This document shows, piece after piece, positions 62,173-64,000 of a DNA stretch of 64,000 nucleotides (positions are counted from its first letter, which is position 1; every line of letters starts with the position of its first letter). This DNA is from an uncultured Verrucomicrobiae bacterium (GTDB lineage: Bacteria > Verrucomicrobiota > Verrucomicrobiia > Chthoniobacterales > UBA10450), in NCBI GenBank assembly GCA_963726745.1, contig CAVSDR010000005.1, forward strand, positions 96,001 through 160,000, read 5' to 3'. The notes under the pieces were generated by a model. It did no database searches and was not told where the DNA came from. It was given only the letters and a program-made list of their open reading frames with translations. The translations under genes were made by a program, and so were the position numbers.

Positions 62173-62278
62173 CAGTGAGTGGTCAGCCTAAACCTAAACC
62201 AAAATAAAACAGCTGCTTCTCTGCCAGTGAACCTACCGGAACGCTGGTCCCGTTAACCCTACCGAAAGAACCAAACCA

Positions 62279-62683
62279 ATGCTAAACCAACTCTCTAAGA
62301 AAAGCCGCGCGGGTTTCACCCTCGTGGAAATCATGATCGTCGTGGCGATCATCGCCCTCCTCGCCGCCATCGCCGTGCCCGGCTTCCTGCGCGCCCGCAA
62401 GCGGTCCCAGGCCAGCAAGGTAATTAACGATCTGCGCATGATTGATTCCGCGATGGACCAGTATGCCATCGAAAAAGGCAAGAAGAGCGGCGACCCGATC
62501 GCGGTGGACGACTGGATCGCCTACGTGAAGAAGGACACCCAGCTCTACGCGACCGGCGCCGATTTGTTCGGTCACTCCTACGGCGACCAGACGGTCGACT
62601 CCCTGCCGAAAGTTCCGCAGGCGACCTATGACGCTCTTTCCGACGTGGCCGACACCTCCTTCTGGTCGCCCTTCAATCAGTAG
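62279..62683 (+). CDS. Type IV pilin 3 (diverged paralog)
   Basis: KSRAG|FTLVEIMIVVAIIALLAAIAVP; shares TGADLFG and FWSP with pilin 1. Confidence 0.92.
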   Translation: MLNQLSKKSRAGFTLVEIMIVVAIIALLAAIAVPGFLRARKRSQASKVINDLRMIDSAMDQYAIEKGKKSGDPIAVDDWIAYVKKDTQLYATGADLFGHSYGDQTVDSLPKVPQATYDALSDVADTSFWSPFNQ

Positions 62684-62775
62684 CCTTACTCGACTGTAAC
62701 TCCGGGAAGCGTCCTTTCGTCATCGTGCGGAAGGACGCTTTCTGCGCTTAAAAGCAGCTTCTTCGACTGGAACCC

Positions 62776-64000
62776 ATGGAAGCCACTCTTAGCTGGAAAA
62801 CTCTCCCTGCGCCCGAGTCTCTCCCGGACACGCGCGGCGCCCTTCTGCGTCATCCTTGTTTCCACGCCTTCCTTCTCTTGGTGGTCGGCTTTCTGGTTCG
62901 TCTGCCCGCGCTCCAGGGGACGCCACTCTGGGACGATGATTACCTTGTCGCGGAGAATCCTTTCATCCGCAGCCCGCTGCTTATTCCGGAAGCTTTCCGG
63001 CATTACCTTTTCCCGGATGGCTTCGGCTCGCATTACCGTCCGGTGCAAAACGTTTCCTTTGCGCTCGACTATTGGTTCTGGAACACCGACGCCTACGGCT
63101 TTCACCTGACCAATGTCCTGCTGCACCTAACGAGTGCAGTCTTTCTCTACCTGCTCCTGCGGCGTTTGCTTCCGGGCTTGGTCGGCCGCACTCACGGCGC
63201 CATGGTGGCTTTTGCGGTCGCGTTCCTTTGGGTGCTGCATCCGGTGCATAGCGCAGCGATCGATTACATCTCCGGGCGGGCGGATAGCCTGGCCTTTGCC
63301 TTCGCCAGCGGCGGCTGGCTGCTTTTCTTGCGGGCCGAGCAGGGCGCGGGGAGGCGCAAGGTTGCCGGCTATCTAGGCGCGGCCCTCTGCGGTTTGCTGG
63401 CGCTGGCCTCGCGCGAGAGCGCGCTCGTCTGGCTGGGAATTTTCCTCCTGCACACCTTCGCTTTTCGCGCCGGTCTTTCCTGGAAATGGAAAGCCACCTG
63501 CCTCGCCGCCTGCCTCGCGCTCGTGGCCGGTTACGCCGGCTTGCGCAGCCTCCCACAACGCCAGTCCGGCCCGCCCAAGTCCGAGCCCACGAGCGCGCCC
63601 GTGCGCGCCGTGCTTATGCTCCGCGCGCTGGGCGATTACGGGCGGCTGATGCTTTGCCCGACCACGCTCTACATGGAGCGGAGCGTGCTCGACCCGGAGA
63701 ATTACCTCAACACCCCGAGCTGGAGGAAGTCGGTCAAGACGGAATACCTCTCGTTAAGCGGAGCGCTCCTCCTGGCGGCTTTCGCGTTCGGTTGTGCCCG
63801 TCGCGGCGCCGGGCGCCAGCTGCGGGTCTTCGGCAGCGCCTGGTTTTTTGCCGGCTACCTGCCGGTTTCCAATTTGCTCGACTTGAACGCCAACGTCGCC
63901 GAGCACTGGCTTTACCTCCCGAGCGTCGGCTTTCTCCTCGTCCTCGCCGGCTGGGTTCTGGAGTTCTCTCCGCGTGGTCAGCGGGTCGCGGTCGTGGTTG
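62776..64000 (+). CDS. TMTC-like (DUF1736-type) GT-C protein mannosyltransferase homolog, 3' partial
   Basis: Own translation (absent from the ORF track because it has no stop): LWDDDYLVAENP, HYRPV, FHLTNVLLH, LHPVHSAAIDYISGRAD, SRESA, AEHWLYLPSVG. Confidence 0.8.
   Translation, partial: MEATLSWKTLPAPESLPDTRGALLRHPCFHAFLLLVVGFLVRLPALQGTPLWDDDYLVAENPFIRSPLLIPEAFRHYLFPDGFGSHYRPVQNVSFALDYWFWNTDAYGFHLTNVLLHLTSAVFLYLLLRRLLPGLVGRTHGAMVAFAVAFLWVLHPVHSAAIDYISGRADSLAFAFASGGWLLFLRAEQGAGRRKVAGYLGAALCGLLALASRESALVWLGIFLLHTFAFRAGLSWKWKATCLAACLALVAGYAGLRSLPQRQSGPPKSEPTSAPVRAVLMLRALGDYGRLMLCPTTLYMERSVLDPENYLNTPSWRKSVKTEYLSLSGALLLAAFAFGCARRGAGRQLRVFGSAWFFAGYLPVSNLLDLNANVAEHWLYLPSVGFLLVLAGWVLEFSPRGQRVAVVV

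Larger units (their letters stand above)
61702..62183 (+). repeat. Direct repeat copy 2
   Basis: Differs from copy 1 by a 1-nt insertion (about 61978) and two substitutions near the stop codon. Confidence 0.95.

Noticed and set aside
59124..62183. Pilin repeats as a diversity-generating retroelement or Neisseria-type silent cassettes
   Set aside because: No reverse transcriptase is in the window, the differences are not adenine-specific, and both copies are full length with promoter motifs.
1..64000. Mobile elements, prophage, defence systems, tRNA or rRNA
   Set aside because: No transposase, integrase, phage structural, cas or restriction genes, and no tRNA/rRNA-like sequence, were recognised.

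Overview
A GC-rich (about two-thirds G+C, estimated by eye) bacterial chromosomal segment. PEP-CTERM proteins, Ig-like+dockerin tails, an RFYR-type C-terminus and A/C-rich leaders suggest Verrucomicrobiota, probably Chthoniobacterales (inference). Housekeeping genes (PBP1A, kdsD, efp, treY, argS, ptsN, typA, yebC, rho, glnE) flank two accessory blocks. Block 1 (about 23.6-41.6 kb) is a secreted/surface-protein cluster: a HAF-repeat protein, two tandem pairs of a DVUA0089-like PEP-CTERM protein plus an S53-like subtilase, two large proteins ending in an X-module+dockerin, and directly after them a PEP-CTERM protein with a cohesin-like pattern. This is a candidate cellulosome-like display system in a diderm. 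Block 2 (about 50.4-64 kb) has three type IV pilin genes among about six GT-C-fold membrane glycosyltransferase-like genes and a methyltransferase-GT2 fusion, a candidate pilin glycosylation locus. Two of the pilin genes form a near-identical 480-bp direct repeat, each with its own sigma-54-type promoter, bracketing a DUF2079-like gene. The heptamer CTAACGA/TCGTTAG is strongly over-represented (35 copies counted by eye). About nine single-base frameshifts, including in argS and rho, point to long-read indel errors rather than true pseudogenes. No rRNA, tRNA, CRISPR array or transposase was recognised.
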